The notes under the pieces: generated by a model
What the model was told of the DNA's origin: nothing
The model's input: the letters and a program-made list of their open reading frames with translations, nothing else
Database searches by the model: none
Translations under genes and position numbers: made by a program
In this document: positions 10,923-24,414 of the stretch, in pieces
Position numbering within the stretch: position 1 is the first letter of the stretch
Layout: every line of letters starts with the position of its first letter
Source: a bacterium
GTDB lineage: Bacteria; UBA8248
Assembly (NCBI GenBank): GCA_965261085.1
Contig: OZ253442.1
Coordinates: 3,520,001-3,584,000, forward strand
Direction: 5' to 3'
Length of the DNA: 64,000 nucleotides

Positions 10923-12167
10923 CTATGTTTCCTCCCGGCGCACTTCATATCCTTCCCGGAGCAGAATCTGTATCAGACGCTCGAGATGCTCCCGCCCGCG
11001 CACCTCTATGTGGAGGGTCGAGAGGGTATGGTTGATGGGCACTCCCGTCGAAAGCCTGTCGTGTTCGATGTGGATGATGTTCACCCGGCAATCGGCCACG
11101 ATTGCAGAAAGACGCATCAGCGCGCCGGGCGCATCGTGCAGCGGCACCTGTATCCGCGCGTAGCGGTTCGCGAGGGCGAGCCCCTTGCCGATGATGCGCG
11201 AGAGCAGGTTGACGTCGAGATTCCCGCCGCTGATCAGGGCGACCACCTTGCCGCTCACCCTGGTTTTCCTTTCGATGAGCGCCGCCAGGGAGGAGGCGCC
11301 CGCCGCCTCGCTCAGCATCCGTTCGCGCTCGAGGAGTCCCAGAATGGCGTTGGCCATCGCATCGTCGGAAACCGAGACCACCTGATCCACCAGGTCCTGA
11401 ATCAAGGGAAAACAAAGCTCTCCGTTTCTCTTGACGGCGATGCCGTCCGCAATCGTCTGAACCGTTTTCGACTCGACGATTCTCCCAGCATCGAGCGAGC
11501 GCATGAGCGCCGCGGCGCCCTGCGCCACCACGCCGATGATGCGCACATCGGGTTTTCGGGTTTTCACCACCGCGGCGAGGCCCGAGATGAGGCCGCCTCC
11601 TCCGACGGGGACGAGGATGGTCCCCACGTCGGGCACATCTTCGAGTATCTCGAGCCCCAGCGTACCCTGGCCCGCGATGACGTCGGGGTGATCGAAAGGC
11701 GGTATCATCGTCAGGCCGCGTTCTTCCTCGTATGCGCGCGCGCGCGCATAGGCGTCATCGAAGGATGCGCCGAACAGTTCGGTTTCAGCGCCCAGGGCCC
11801 GCACGGCGTCGAGCTTGGTGTTCGGCGTGGCTTCGGGCATCACCACCAGGGCCTTGACGCCCAGTTTTTTCGCCGCGAAGGCCACGCCCTGGGCGTGGTT
11901 CCCAGCGCTCGCGGTGACGACGCCCCACTGGAGTTGCGCGGGTTCGAGTTTTTGGAGCGCATACAGGGCGCCTCGCACCTTGAACGAGCCCGTCCGCTGA
12001 AAATTCTCCGGCTTGAGATATATCTCGACACCCAATTGTTCGGAGAAATGCTCGGTGAGACGGGCGGGAGTCGGCCTCAGATGAGAGGATATCGCCTCCG
12101 CCGCCCGAGCCGCCTCGGCGGCGATGAGCGATGGCTCCAGTGTTTTTTGTGATACTTCGGATTTCAT
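10923..12167 (-). CDS. ilvA: Threonine ammonia-lyase with a single C-terminal ACT domain
   Basis: KPENFQRTGSFKVRGA (PLP lysine), ASAGNHAQG, PVGGGGLISG, SGGNLD, DAPGAL ACT motif. Confidence 0.92.
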   Translation of the reverse strand: MKSEVSQKTLEPSLIAAEAARAAEAISSHLRPTPARLTEHFSEQLGVEIYLKPENFQRTGSFKVRGALYALQKLEPAQLQWGVVTASAGNHAQGVAFAAKKLGVKALVVMPEATPNTKLDAVRALGAETELFGASFDDAYARARAYEEERGLTMIPPFDHPDVIAGQGTLGLEILEDVPDVGTILVPVGGGGLISGLAAVVKTRKPDVRIIGVVAQGAAALMRSLDAGRIVESKTVQTIADGIAVKRNGELCFPLIQDLVDQVVSVSDDAMANAILGLLERERMLSEAAGASSLAALIERKTRVSGKVVALISGGNLDVNLLSRIIGKGLALANRYARIQVPLHDAPGALMRLSAIVADCRVNIIHIEHDRLSTGVPINHTLSTLHIEVRGREHLERLIQILLREGYEVRREET

Positions 12168-12322
12168 TCGCACCTGTCTTCTTTGTCCAGTTCGAGGGGG
12201 ATAAGCGCCCCTTCCTACCCCGAAGCTCGCCCTCTTCGTTCAGCCAACCCCTCAGCGACGCATCGGGAGACCCGAGGCGGGCGTTTTCGCGGCCTGCGGA
12301 GCGCACCCTTGATCTCATATCG

Positions 12323-12687
<365 letters not shown>

Positions 12688-12763
12688 AGATATTTTCATA
12701 CTCTCGCGCCATTGCCTGCACAACCGGCGGCCGGCAAACGGCGCGGTGCGCGACTAAGCCTCC

Positions 12764-13177
12764 TCAACCCATCCCGCTGTCGATGGCGCGATTTGCGGCG
12801 GCGTCGGCCGCCGTATTTTCTTCGCGACGCACGTGGCGCACTTCAATGGAGCCGAATTCCCTGGCCGCCTCCTTCGCCCGCTCATACAAGGGCTTGAGGG
12901 CCTTGTTCCTGACCCGATACTGACCGCTCCACTGGCGAGCCATGAGTTCGGAATCCGTCACGACTTCCACGCTCTCGGCGCCGAGCTTCACCGCGCGCTC
13001 CAGACCCAGCAAAAACGCCTGGTATTCCGCGACGTTGTTCGTCGCCGTGCCCAGATACCTGGTTTCCTGCGCCACGCAATTGCCCGCATCGTCATACAAC
13101 AAGGCGGCGGCGCCCGCAGGACCCGGATTCCCCCGCGCGGCGCCATCGGTGTGGATCCGCAGGTGGCCCGCCCTCAT
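12764..13177 (-). CDS. rnhA: Ribonuclease HI family protein
   Basis: TDGAARGNPGPAG, TNNVAEY, TDSEL, HVRREENTAAD motifs. Confidence 0.93.
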   Translation of the reverse strand: MRAGHLRIHTDGAARGNPGPAGAAALLYDDAGNCVAQETRYLGTATNNVAEYQAFLLGLERAVKLGAESVEVVTDSELMARQWSGQYRVRNKALKPLYERAKEAAREFGSIEVRHVRREENTAADAAANRAIDSGMG

Positions 13178-13923
13178 TCGGGGTCCACCGCCGGCAGGCT
13201 CAACTCCACGGTCTCACCCTCCTGATAATAGAGGATGCGTTTGCAATTCGAGCACGTGTAAATCCTGTCCTCAGAATCCCTGATCTCCAAAAAGCGCTTG
13301 ATGGTCTCCGCCGTGCGGCAGCCCTGGCAGGTACGATTGACGACGGCGCAAACGGCCAGCCCTTTCCGGGCTTTTCTCAATCCCTCGTAGCGCTTCATCC
13401 ACTCCTCGCTCACGCCGCTTGCGAGGGCTTTCGACTGATCGAGAAGCTCGTTTAATTCACGATCGAAATCCGCCCGATTGTTTTCATACTTCTTCACTTC
13501 GCCCTGCACCCTGCCCCGGGCCGTCTCCAAATCACCGCGCGCACCCACGAGCTTCTCCTCGTGGGCCGGCATGCCCTCCATGATCTCGAGAACGGTATCC
13601 TCAAGAGCGCTGATTCGGTTCTGGTATCCTTCTATCTCTGCGCCCAAGGCGCGGTATTCCTCGTTCGTCTTGACGAACGTCTGCTTGCCGCGCGTGTCTC
13701 TGAGCTTCTGATCGAAGGATTGAATTTCGCCCTCCGCTTCGCGCAACTTCTTCCTGGCGGCCTCCACTTCCTGCTCGAGTTCCGCTACGGACGATTCGAA
13801 GCCCGTCAAATACCGCTTTTCCTTTTTGATGGAGGCGGGAATCTTGGAAATCGCATCGCGGCATTGATCTATTTTGACATCTATCGCCTGAAGCTCCATC
13901 AAGGCCGACAATTCCGGGTACAC
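13174..13923 (-). CDS. C4-type zinc-ribbon/coiled-coil protein (DUF164, CT398/HP0958-like)
   Basis: LQAID N-terminus, long coiled coil, C-terminal [12 protein letters not shown]; GTG 13923 with GAGGAG RBS. Confidence 0.88.
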   Translation of the reverse strand: MYPELSALMELQAIDVKIDQCRDAISKIPASIKKEKRYLTGFESSVAELEQEVEAARKKLREAEGEIQSFDQKLRDTRGKQTFVKTNEEYRALGAEIEGYQNRISALEDTVLEIMEGMPAHEEKLVGARGDLETARGRVQGEVKKYENNRADFDRELNELLDQSKALASGVSEEWMKRYEGLRKARKGLAVCAVVNRTCQGCRTAETIKRFLEIRDSEDRIYTCSNCKRILYYQEGETVELSLPAVDPE

Positions 13924-13968
13924 TACGTCATACTCCTCGCATCGTTTGATATTCAAGCAGAAATCACG

Positions 13969-14043
13969 TGGTGGGCCCACCTGGATTCGAACCAAGGACC
14001 AGCCGGTTATGAGCCGGCGGCTCTACCGCTGAGCTATGGGCCC
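13969..14043 (-). tRNA. tRNA with CAU anticodon, most likely tRNA-Ile2 (lysidine)
   Basis: GGGCCCATAGCTCAGCGGTAGAGCCGCCGGCT-CAT-AACCGGCTGGTCCTTGGTTCGAATCCAGGTGGGCCCACCA; lacks fMet features; located downstream of rpoD as E. coli ileX is; Met(e) not fully excluded. Confidence 0.9.
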
Positions 14044-14171
14044 GATAGCAACGCGACCGTTGAGAGGGGCGCAGCGGGAGACCAATTTATCCTCCGCCTC
14101 GGGCGCCGCCCATTCGACCGTGCATATATGGCCCCGCGCGCTTTCAATGTCAATCACGCGGGGTTTTCGAC

Positions 14172-15953
<1,782 letters not shown>

Positions 15954-16030
15954 TGTCACTCTCCTCTTCATCTGGCCAGGCAGCCCGGCCACTGCGAATC
16001 CATGAAAATACAAATATCCCCAAAAACGCT

Positions 16031-17923
16031 TCAGCGCGGAGAGGCCGCTCGCTGCCGCTCGCGTAGAAGCGCGTTTTTCCGCTCCAGGAGTTTCCACATG
16101 TTTGGGGAATCTTCCCCTTCTTCCTTGCGCGTCTGCTCGATGCGCTTCAGCAAATCCTCTTCCATCTTTCGCCTGCGGCGGTCCTTGAGTCTATCAATGC
16201 AATCGAAAAGCTCCGCTTCGACTTCTTCAGGCTCTGGCTCCACCTCCACGACGGCCAGTTCCACGACCAGCGCGCGCGCTCCCGGACTCTCCAGTCTGTC
16301 CGCAATGGAAGCCGCAGTGGGCGAAGCCGCATCCCCAGATTTCAGGAGGGAGAGGACCTCGTTCACCGCCGGGTCGGTCATCAGGCCATCGGGCACCTCG
16401 GACGCCAGCTCCGGCCTCATGAGCAAAAGCTGCAAGGCGTCCATCTCGAATTTTGGACGCTCGAGGTTCTCCCCGAGCAGGTCTATTTTTTCTTCCTCTC
16501 TTCTGGGCGATCGTTCCCGGGCGTTTTCCGCCAGCATTCGCCTCACCATGGCCGTCAGCGTGGGATAGGGAATCCCCAGCTGATCCTCCAACAAAGCCAA
16601 ATATTGGTCCTGAACACTGCGATGACAAGCCCCGAGTATGGGCAAAAGCCTCTGGATGGCCTCGATTTTCTCGGCCTGACTCGCGCCCACGGCGATTCCG
16701 GCCATCGCGGTCTTGACGGTGTTCTCCAGTATGCCCTCGGCGTCGGCGAGGAGCCGGGTGAAGTCATCCGTTCCGTTTTCCCCTAAAAACGTGTCGATAT
16801 CCCGCCCTTCGGGCAGGTTCACCACCTTGAGGCGCACGGCGCCCGCCCCGTCGCGGTCGATGAAATCCTTACGCAGGACATCGCCCGCCACGAGTTGATC
16901 GGGCGCACCCGCAAGGCCGAGCATCCGCCCCGCCATGGCGCCCGCGCGCTCAGAGGCCGCGAGACCCGCGGCATCGGGGTCGAAGACGAATACGAGTTCC
17001 TCGGCATGCGCCCTGAGGCTCCTGATGTGTTCGGAGGTCAGCGCGGTGCCGAGCGGCGCCACGGCCTCCCGGAAACCATGCCGCCAAAGCGAGATGACGT
17101 CGAAATACCCCTCCGTCACCAGGACGCGCTTTTTCTCGCGAATCGACTCCCTGCCCTCATAAAACCCATACAGGGTCCTGCCCTTCTTGAAGAGCGCCAT
17201 ATCCGGAGAATTCACGTATTTCGCGGTGGCGTGGCGCGAATCGCTGTCGGGCAGCGAACGCCCGCCGAAGCCCACTATCTCGCCTTCGTGGTTGCGGATG
17301 GGGAACATGATGCGGTCTCTGAAGCGATCATAATATCCGCTCCCTTCCTCGCGCCGCACCGCGAGGCCCGCCTCCGCGAGGTCATCGGGAGATACCCCCC
17401 TTGTTCCCGCCGCCTTGATGAGAGAATCCCAGCGAGGCGGCACGAAGCCGATCCGAAACCTCTCTATCGCCTCGGGTGTGACGCCACGCTCGTCCAGATA
17501 CCGGCGGCCCCTCTCGCCCGGATTGCTCTCGAGCGCCGCCCTGAAGAAATCGGCCGCCATGCGGTTGATGGACAATATCTTCTGGCGAGCGTCCGGTTTT
17601 TGGGGGTTTCGCCCCGAGGATTCCTCATAGCGGGAGAGGTCTATGCCCTGGCGCTTCGCCAGACGCGAGAGCGCTTCCGGAAAACTCATCCCCTCGTGCT
17701 GTATCAGGAACTGAAAGACGTTCCCCCCCGCACCGCACCCGAAGCATTTGTAGATGCCCATGCGCGGGTTCACGTTGAACGAAGGCGTTTTCTCGTCATG
17801 GAATGGACAAAGCCCCTTGTAATTCGTCCCCGCTTTCTTGAGGCTCACGAACTCGCCGACGACGTCTTCTATCGGAGCGCCGTCTCTTATCTGATCGACC
17901 ACATCGTCAGGTACTCGTCCCAT
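16031..17923 (-). CDS. dnaG: DNA primase
   Basis: [16 protein letters not shown] zinc finger, [32 protein letters not shown] (TOPRIM). Confidence 0.97.
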   Translation of the reverse strand: MGRVPDDVVDQIRDGAPIEDVVGEFVSLKKAGTNYKGLCPFHDEKTPSFNVNPRMGIYKCFGCGAGGNVFQFLIQHEGMSFPEALSRLAKRQGIDLSRYEESSGRNPQKPDARQKILSINRMAADFFRAALESNPGERGRRYLDERGVTPEAIERFRIGFVPPRWDSLIKAAGTRGVSPDDLAEAGLAVRREEGSGYYDRFRDRIMFPIRNHEGEIVGFGGRSLPDSDSRHATAKYVNSPDMALFKKGRTLYGFYEGRESIREKKRVLVTEGYFDVISLWRHGFREAVAPLGTALTSEHIRSLRAHAEELVFVFDPDAAGLAASERAGAMAGRMLGLAGAPDQLVAGDVLRKDFIDRDGAGAVRLKVVNLPEGRDIDTFLGENGTDDFTRLLADAEGILENTVKTAMAGIAVGASQAEKIEAIQRLLPILGACHRSVQDQYLALLEDQLGIPYPTLTAMVRRMLAENARERSPRREEEKIDLLGENLERPKFEMDALQLLLMRPELASEVPDGLMTDPAVNEVLSLLKSGDAASPTAASIADRLESPGARALVVELAVVEVEPEPEEVEAELFDCIDRLKDRRRRKMEEDLLKRIEQTRKEEGEDSPNMWKLLERKNALLRERQRAASPR

Positions 17924-17953
17924 TCCACCATCCTCATCCCGAAAAGCAAAGCA

Positions 17954-20308
17954 TCAGCGCAGAGCCAACTCCACGTTCGTAACACCCCAGCCGCCTTCCT
18001 CCGGCCGGGCGGGGCCGAACTTCGACACGAGCGCATGCTCCTGCAGGCGCTCGGCGATGATCTTGGAAAGAACCCCCTCGCCCTTGCCGTGGACGATGCG
18101 AACCGACGCTATTCCCACGAGCGCGGCGTCATCGAGATATTTCTCCACCATCTCAAGGGCGCGCTCGGCGCGCACGCCGCGCAGTTGAAGCTCGGGCGAA
18201 AAACCATTCCCCCTCGATTCGACGTCGTGCGTCACCGTGCTCTTATGGTGGGGTGCGCTCGAAACATCGTCCAGAACTTCCACCGCCCTGCAAGCCAGGC
18301 GCAGGGATTTTCCGTTCACCGACACGGTCAACTCATCCTCTCCGTGCAGGGCGGACACCTCGCCCGCGCAATTCATGAGCGGGATGCGGACCCTGTCTCC
18401 CACGCGAAGCGAAACCGGGGCGCGCATCGCCACCGCCTCCTCCCTCGGGGGAAGCGCTTCCTCGATTTTCACGCTCATCTCACGGATGCGCTCGCGCGCG
18501 ATTCGCTTGGCTTCCTCCATTTCGAGCGCCCCGCGCATCTCATTCAGGAGATCATCGGCCTCGCGCCTCAAGTCTTTAAGGAATTGCGCCGCCTCATCGC
18601 TTTTTTCGAGCGCCTCCTCGCGTATCCGGCGCTCGAGTTCGGTCTCGCGCGCCTCAATCCGCGTCTGGCGGGTTGAGAGGTCGGCCTCTTTTTCTTCTAT
18701 CTCGCGCTGCTGATCGGAGAGGTTCGCCATCAGACGATCCACCTGAACGGGGCCTTTCATCAGCAGCGTATCCGCGCGAGCCAGCACGGATTCGGGCAAA
18801 CCCATCTTCTCGGCCACCGACATGGCGTTGCTCGGTCCCGCCGCCCCCATGCGGATCCGGTAGGTGGGCGAAAGATCCTCGGCGTCGAACTCCACCGATG
18901 CGTTCTCGGCGTGCGCAGCCTGATAGGCGTAATGCTTGAGGGCGTCGTGGTGCGTCGTCACGATGCAAAGCGCGCCGCGCGCCGCCAGATGTTCAAGCAC
19001 GGAGACGCCGATGGCGGAACCCTCCGCCGGGTCGGTGCCGGAGCCCAACTCGTCCAGGAGCACCAGCATGCCTTCTTCCGCCTCGCGCACCGCGCCCGAG
19101 ACCCGCGCCATGTGGCCCGAGAAGGTGCTCAGGTTTTGCTGAATATCCTGCTCATCACCGATGTCGGCGACGAGCGTCTTGACGATGGGCAGTTTGCTCT
19201 CGGGCGCAGCCGGTATGGGTACGCCGCACTGGTGGAGCGCCACGCAAAGGCCCACCGTCTTGAGCGCCACGGTCTTACCGCCCGTGTTGGGTCCCGTGAT
19301 GAGGAGCTGGCGCACCCCGTTTCTTCCCACGTCGAGGTCGATGGGCACCACCTGCTCTTTCGGCACCGCGCCGATACCAGCCGTGAGGAGGGGATGACGC
19401 GCGGCTCTCAACCGGATACTCCCGTCCGCGCTCGCCTGAGCGCGCGCACCGCGCCAATCGACCCCCAGGCGCGCTTTCGCCCAAATGAGGTCGAGCGCCG
19501 CCAAGCACTTCACCAGATAGTCTATAGACTCGCGCGCCGCCATCACCTCCGCGGTCAGTTCGCGCAGGATTCTCTCCACCTCCGCGCGCTCGGCCTCACG
19601 CTCCTCGGCGATGGCGTTGTTGACGGGCACCGCCGAAAGAGGTTCGACGAACAACGTCTCCCCGCTCGCAGAACGATCCTGTATCACGCCCTCGAACGAG
19701 CGCCTGAAAACCGTTTTCGCGGGAATCAGATACCGCTCGCGACGCTGAACGATTAAATTTTCCTGAATCGCATTCGGGTGCGCGGCCATCACCCTATCGA
19801 GCAGACGGCGTATCTCGGCCCTGAGCGCGCGCTGCTTCGCTCTCGATTCCTGGAGCTCGATGCTCGCATCATCGCGCACCTCGCCGCGTTCATCGAGAAT
19901 ACGCCGTATTCGCGCGGCCAGAGGATATTGCATATCCGCGCCGTGGATGCGCATCCTGAGCCTGGGCAGCCTCTCGGCGCGCTCCTCCACGAAACGGCGT
20001 ACGCCGGAGGCGAGGTTCAGCAAGGAGAGAATCGAGAGGAATTTCTCACCCTCAAGGTTCCCTCCCCGGCGTCTGACGTCCTCGAGCCATTCTTCGGGAT
20101 CATCGAACGCGGAAAGCGGCATGTACTCCCCGGCGCCGATGAGCGTCGTGGCTTCATCCGTCTCATCGAGTAGGGTATCGACCTTGAAAGACGAGATGGC
20201 CGGAAGGAGCGCTGCGGCTGCATCCGCGCCGGATGCGGAGGCGCAACGAGCCTCCAGCAGCTCCAGAACATTAGCGAATTCAATGCCTTGCAGTGTGCGG
20301 CTATCCAT
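17954..20308 (-). CDS. mutS2: Endonuclease MutS2
   Basis: SASGETLFVEP, TGPNTGGKT, DIGDEQ..LSTFSGHM, DELGSGTDP, TTH, C-terminal Smr domain (IVHGKGEG..GGWGVT). Confidence 0.96.
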   Translation of the reverse strand: MDSRTLQGIEFANVLELLEARCASASGADAAAALLPAISSFKVDTLLDETDEATTLIGAGEYMPLSAFDDPEEWLEDVRRRGGNLEGEKFLSILSLLNLASGVRRFVEERAERLPRLRMRIHGADMQYPLAARIRRILDERGEVRDDASIELQESRAKQRALRAEIRRLLDRVMAAHPNAIQENLIVQRRERYLIPAKTVFRRSFEGVIQDRSASGETLFVEPLSAVPVNNAIAEEREAERAEVERILRELTAEVMAARESIDYLVKCLAALDLIWAKARLGVDWRGARAQASADGSIRLRAARHPLLTAGIGAVPKEQVVPIDLDVGRNGVRQLLITGPNTGGKTVALKTVGLCVALHQCGVPIPAAPESKLPIVKTLVADIGDEQDIQQNLSTFSGHMARVSGAVREAEEGMLVLLDELGSGTDPAEGSAIGVSVLEHLAARGALCIVTTHHDALKHYAYQAAHAENASVEFDAEDLSPTYRIRMGAAGPSNAMSVAEKMGLPESVLARADTLLMKGPVQVDRLMANLSDQQREIEEKEADLSTRQTRIEARETELERRIREEALEKSDEAAQFLKDLRREADDLLNEMRGALEMEEAKRIARERIREMSVKIEEALPPREEAVAMRAPVSLRVGDRVRIPLMNCAGEVSALHGEDELTVSVNGKSLRLACRAVEVLDDVSSAPHHKSTVTHDVESRGNGFSPELQLRGVRAERALEMVEKYLDDAALVGIASVRIVHGKGEGVLSKIIAERLQEHALVSKFGPARPEEGGWGVTNVELALR

Positions 20309-20525
20309 CAACCATCACCCACGGATAATTATTCAACGATGAATCATGCGCTTCGTCCCGGCATCGGGACAGGGCGGCGTATTCTGAAAATCTCGATCGA
20401 AGATTAGGCGATTCTTTTCCAGCATCCCTCTCTGGAGTCACCGGGAATGCCAGTGGAGCGAAGTGGTGCTCGGAGTCCTTTTGCTGGTCGCTCTTCAAGA
20501 CGAGCCGAAGAACGTAACGTCCACG

Positions 20526-20556
20526 AAAAAATAAGGGGGACGACTCTTGCCATCCC
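20526..20556 (-). terminator. Putative intrinsic terminator
   Basis: Minus strand GGGATGGC-AAGA-GTCGTCCC stem (with G-U pairs) followed by CCTTATTTTTT. Confidence 0.6.
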
Positions 20557-20628
20557 GTATCTTTTTAAAATTCAACAGCTTTTAAACATCAAAGCCCAAA
20601 TTGCGCACTCTACCCATTGTCAGGAACC

Positions 20629-20657
20629 AATATAGGGCCCAAGTCTGAAATTGTCAA
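20629..20657 (-). promoter_or_regulatory. sigma70 promoter
   Basis: TTGACA-17 nt-TATATT on the minus strand with an AT-rich upstream element. Confidence 0.7.
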
Positions 20658-20723
20658 ACATAATGAAAATAATTAAAGTTCTGATTTGGGAGTCAAAATA
20701 ATGGGCTTCCGGCGAAACGTCCT

Positions 20724-21398
20724 CTATCTCTCGGACTCGGGCCTGCCCCCGCGTCCGAATCGGCGTGCGAGTTCCGCAAAAACCCGACCGGGCGGCACGT
20801 CGTGCGCGGCCATCCCCACCAGAGCGTGGAACCACAAATCGGCTACCTCGTTCGTAATCGCCCCCACGTCGCCGTCTTTCATCGCCATGACGACCTCGGT
20901 GGCTTCTTCGCCTATCTTCTTCAGTATCCGATCCTCGCCCTTGGAGAACAGGCGCGCCACGTAGCTCGAATCCGTATCGCCCGCCTCTTTTCTCTCCAGG
21001 ATCAGGCGATAGATCGATTCGAGCAGGTTCTGATCGAAATCGAGCGCCGCCTCACCCCCTTCCTGCCCGGGTGTGAGAACTTCGTTGAAAAAACACGACA
21101 TCCGGTTCGTGTGGCAGGCCGGCCCGTCGGGCTTGACGATGAACACCAGCGCATCCGCATCGCAATCGAGCCTCGCCGAGACCAGGCGCAGATAATTTCC
21201 CGACGTTTCGCCCTTGTGCCAAAGCTCCTCGCGAGAGCGGGACCAGAAGTGGACGGTTCCCTTCTCCAGCGTAAGCCTGAGCGATTCCTCGTTCACCCAG
21301 GCGAGGGTCAGGACCTGTCCCGTCCCAGCATCCTGGCAAATGGCGGGGGCCAGACCCTGCTCGTTCCACTTGATCTCGGGGATTTCTATTTCACTCAC
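20724..21398 (-). CDS. hisIE: Bifunctional phosphoribosyl-AMP cyclohydrolase/phosphoribosyl-ATP pyrophosphatase
   Basis: [30 protein letters not shown]; [21 protein letters not shown]. Confidence 0.96.
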   Translation of the reverse strand: MSEIEIPEIKWNEQGLAPAICQDAGTGQVLTLAWVNEESLRLTLEKGTVHFWSRSREELWHKGETSGNYLRLVSARLDCDADALVFIVKPDGPACHTNRMSCFFNEVLTPGQEGGEAALDFDQNLLESIYRLILERKEAGDTDSSYVARLFSKGEDRILKKIGEEATEVVMAMKDGDVGAITNEVADLWFHALVGMAAHDVPPGRVFAELARRFGRGGRPESER

Positions 21399-22165
21399 AG
21401 CCTCACCTCCACGCCGCGCTCGCGCAGATAGACTTTCACCTCCTCCACCGAGTAATCGCCGAAATGAAATATCGAAGCGGCCAGAACGGCGTCGGCGCAG
21501 CCCTCCTCCAGACCCTCGTAGAGATGCTCCAGATTCCCCACGCCGCCCGAAGCGATGACGGGCACGCTCACCCGCTCCGCAATCGTGCGAGTGAGCGCGA
21601 GATCGTAGCCGTCCTTGGTTCCGTCCCTGTCCATGCTGGTGAGGAGAATCTCGCCTGCGCCCAATTCACACGCCTCCTCCGCCCAGGCCACGGCATCCTT
21701 GCCCGTGGGGCGCGAACCCCCGTGCGTGAAGGCCTCCCACCGGAGCGTATCCGCATCGCCCGAGACGCGCTTGGCGTCTATGGCGCACACGATGGTGGAA
21801 CTCCCGTAGCGCTCCGCCGAGCGTTTGAGGACGCCCGGGTCCCTGAGAGCCGCACTGTTGACGCTCACCTTGTCCGCCCCCGCTCTCAGTAAATCGCGCA
21901 CGTCTTCTTCCTCGCGCACGCCGCCGCCCACCGTGAGGGGAACGAACACGCGCTCCGCCGTGCGGCGCACCATGTCGAGCAGGGTGCCGCGCTTTTCCTT
22001 GGAAGCCGTGATGTCGAGAAAACAGATCTCATCCGCTCCCATCTCATCATAATGCGCGGCGCACTCCACGGGGTCGCCCGCGTCGCGCAGACCCTCGAAA
22101 TTCACGCCCTTCACCACACGGCCTTCCTTGACGTCGAGACAGGGAATGATTCGCTTCGCTAGCAA
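21395..22165 (-). CDS. hisF: Imidazole glycerol phosphate synthase cyclase subunit
   Basis: [44 protein letters not shown]. Confidence 0.98.
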   Translation of the reverse strand: MLAKRIIPCLDVKEGRVVKGVNFEGLRDAGDPVECAAHYDEMGADEICFLDITASKEKRGTLLDMVRRTAERVFVPLTVGGGVREEEDVRDLLRAGADKVSVNSAALRDPGVLKRSAERYGSSTIVCAIDAKRVSGDADTLRWEAFTHGGSRPTGKDAVAWAEEACELGAGEILLTSMDRDGTKDGYDLALTRTIAERVSVPVIASGGVGNLEHLYEGLEEGCADAVLAASIFHFGDYSVEEVKVYLRERGVEVRL

Positions 22166-22884
22166 GAGAGCATCTCCATCGCCTTTGGGAAATCCATGGT
22201 TCCTTCATAGAGGGCGCGTCCCACGACGGCGCCGATGACGCCTTTATTCTCAAGGCGAATGAGTTTTTCCACATCCTCTAGCCTGCTCACACCCCCTGCG
22301 GCGATGACGGGCAGGCCGCAGGCCTCGGCGAGCGCGGCGGTGGGACCGGGGTCGAAACCCTCCAGGGTGCCGTCTCGCCTGATGTCGGTGAAAATGATTC
22401 CCGCCAGGGGAAGATGGGCGAACCGGTTCGCCAGCGACTCGGGCGATACCGAGTCCCCTTCCTCCCAGCCCGAGATTCTGACTTCCCCGTCCTTGGCGTC
22501 AATGCCCAACAGAATTTTTCCGGGATTCGCGCGGGCGGCGGATTCCAAGAATTCAGGATTCCTGAGCGCGCTCGTGCCCAGGATGACGAAACTCGCCCCC
22601 GCCTCGAGCACGGCCGCAAGCGATTCCTCGGAACGCACGCCGCCGCCGAATTCCACGGGAACGTCCACCGCCTCCGCCACCTGCGCCAGAACGTCGACGT
22701 GGACGGGCGCGCCACTAAAAGCGCCGTCGAGATCGATGAGATGAAGCCGCTGCGCGCCTTGCTCAACCCAGCGCAAGGCCCACGCCACCGGGTCGTCGCC
22801 GTAGACGATCTCGCGTCCTTTCTGGCCCTGGATGAGGCGCACGCATTTACCGCCCTTGAGATCGACCGCCGGAATGAGAAGCAA
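22159..22884 (-). CDS. hisA: ProFAR isomerase
   Basis: [45 protein letters not shown]. Confidence 0.96.
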   Translation of the reverse strand: MLLIPAVDLKGGKCVRLIQGQKGREIVYGDDPVAWALRWVEQGAQRLHLIDLDGAFSGAPVHVDVLAQVAEAVDVPVEFGGGVRSEESLAAVLEAGASFVILGTSALRNPEFLESAARANPGKILLGIDAKDGEVRISGWEEGDSVSPESLANRFAHLPLAGIIFTDIRRDGTLEGFDPGPTAALAEACGLPVIAAGGVSRLEDVEKLIRLENKGVIGAVVGRALYEGTMDFPKAMEMLSC

Positions 22885-23017
22885 AACGCCACCCCCGAGA
22901 TGAATTTCCCGCAACTCTTGCGCCTCTCATTAAACCCAAACGGGTTTTATTGCAAATGCTTATGAGAATTTATCCCAGAAAAACATCGCCTGAGGGTGAG
23001 ACGATTCGATGTCGCCC

Positions 23018-23680
23018 CTATGAGGTTTGATGCGCGCTGCAGATGTCGACGAATTTCCTCAAAATCCCCAAACCGAGCGCGCCGCTTTTCTCGGGGTGAA
23101 ACTGGGTGGCGAAGAGGTTGCCCCTGTGGACGCTGGCGATGAAGGGCACGCCGAAATCACACGTCGCCGCAATCCAGGGCTGCGCCGCCTCGGAGGGCTC
23201 CGCATAGTAGGAGTGAACGAAATAGAAATGCGCGCCGCTCGGCACGCCCGCGAGAATCGGGGAGTGACTCTCAAACCGCGGCTGGTTCCAGCCCATGTGG
23301 GGGACCTTCAAAGGCAGCGCGCCGCCGTTTTCCATCATCCCCTCGGGGAAACGCCTCACGCGCCCGGGCAGGATGCCCAGACCCGGCGTCGAGCCGAACT
23401 CCTCGCTTTCTTCAAAAAGAATCTGGAGGCCCAAGCATATCCCGAGGTAGGGCACGCCGCGTTCGATGGCGCAGCGCAAAGGTCCGGTGAGGCCGGCGTC
23501 CTCCAGAGCGCGCATGCAATCCGGAAAACCGCCCACCCCCGGCAGGATGACGCCCGCCGCCGCCGCCAGGACCTCAGGGTCGTCACTCAGCACCGCCTTT
23601 GCACCTATTTTGGCCAGCGCGTTCCTCACGCTCAGGACGTTTCCCATGCCGTAGTCGACCACGACGATCTCGGCCGTCAT
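23018..23680 (-). CDS. hisH: Imidazole glycerol phosphate synthase glutaminase subunit
   Basis: DYGMGN, LPGVG, GICLG, PHMGWN, YFVHSY, QFHPEKS. Confidence 0.97.
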   Translation of the reverse strand: MTAEIVVVDYGMGNVLSVRNALAKIGAKAVLSDDPEVLAAAAGVILPGVGGFPDCMRALEDAGLTGPLRCAIERGVPYLGICLGLQILFEESEEFGSTPGLGILPGRVRRFPEGMMENGGALPLKVPHMGWNQPRFESHSPILAGVPSGAHFYFVHSYYAEPSEAAQPWIAATCDFGVPFIASVHRGNLFATQFHPEKSGALGLGILRKFVDICSAHQTS

Positions 23681-23717
23681 ACCACTCCCCCTAGTGATGC
23701 GACCCCAAAAGGCCGCC

Positions 23718-24320
23718 TCATAAAACGCCCTTGGTGCTGGGCACGCTCGTGTCTCTCGGATCGAGCGAAACCCCGGCCCGCAACGCCCGCGCGAAGCCCT
23801 TGAAGACGGCTTCCACCATGTGGTGGCTGTTGTCCCCGTAGCAGACCTCGACGTGGAGGTCGACTCCCGCATGGGTGGCCACCGACCAGAAGAACTCGCG
23901 CACGAGCGAGGTGTCGAACTCGCCGATTTGCGCTTCGGGAAACGCGGCGCGGAAGACGAGGTTTCCTCTGCCGCCGAAATCCGCCGCCACGTGAACGAGC
24001 GCGTCCATCATGGGCAGGCGCACGTCGGCGTAGCGGGTGATGCCCGCCCGATCGCCGAGCGCCTTCGCCAGCGTCTGCCCCAGGATGATGCCCACGTCCT
24101 CCACAGTGTGGTGGCCGTCGACGTCGAGGTCTCCCTTGCCGCGAACGCTCAAATCCACCAGCCCGTGGCGGGCGATCTGGGCGAGCATGTGATCGAAAAA
24201 ACCGATGCCTGTATTGATTTCGGCCTCGCCCGCGCCGTCCAGGTTGATAGCGACGGAAAAGTCGGTTTCCTTCGTTTTTCTGCTCACACGCGCTTTTCTC
24301 TGCTTGGTTCTCGACGCCAC
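23718..24320 (-). CDS. hisB: Imidazoleglycerol-phosphate dehydratase
   Basis: [39 protein letters not shown]. Confidence 0.97.
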   Translation of the reverse strand: MASRTKQRKARVSRKTKETDFSVAINLDGAGEAEINTGIGFFDHMLAQIARHGLVDLSVRGKGDLDVDGHHTVEDVGIILGQTLAKALGDRAGITRYADVRLPMMDALVHVAADFGGRGNLVFRAAFPEAQIGEFDTSLVREFFWSVATHAGVDLHVEVCYGDNSHHMVEAVFKGFARALRAGVSLDPRDTSVPSTKGVL

Positions 24321-24414
24321 CTTCTCTCTCCCGGTGGATGGAAAATTTCAGTGAAAACGCCGCCTTTCGGCAGTGCGATTATGCTTGATCCGCGCCCGAC
24401 CCGCCAGCGTCCCC

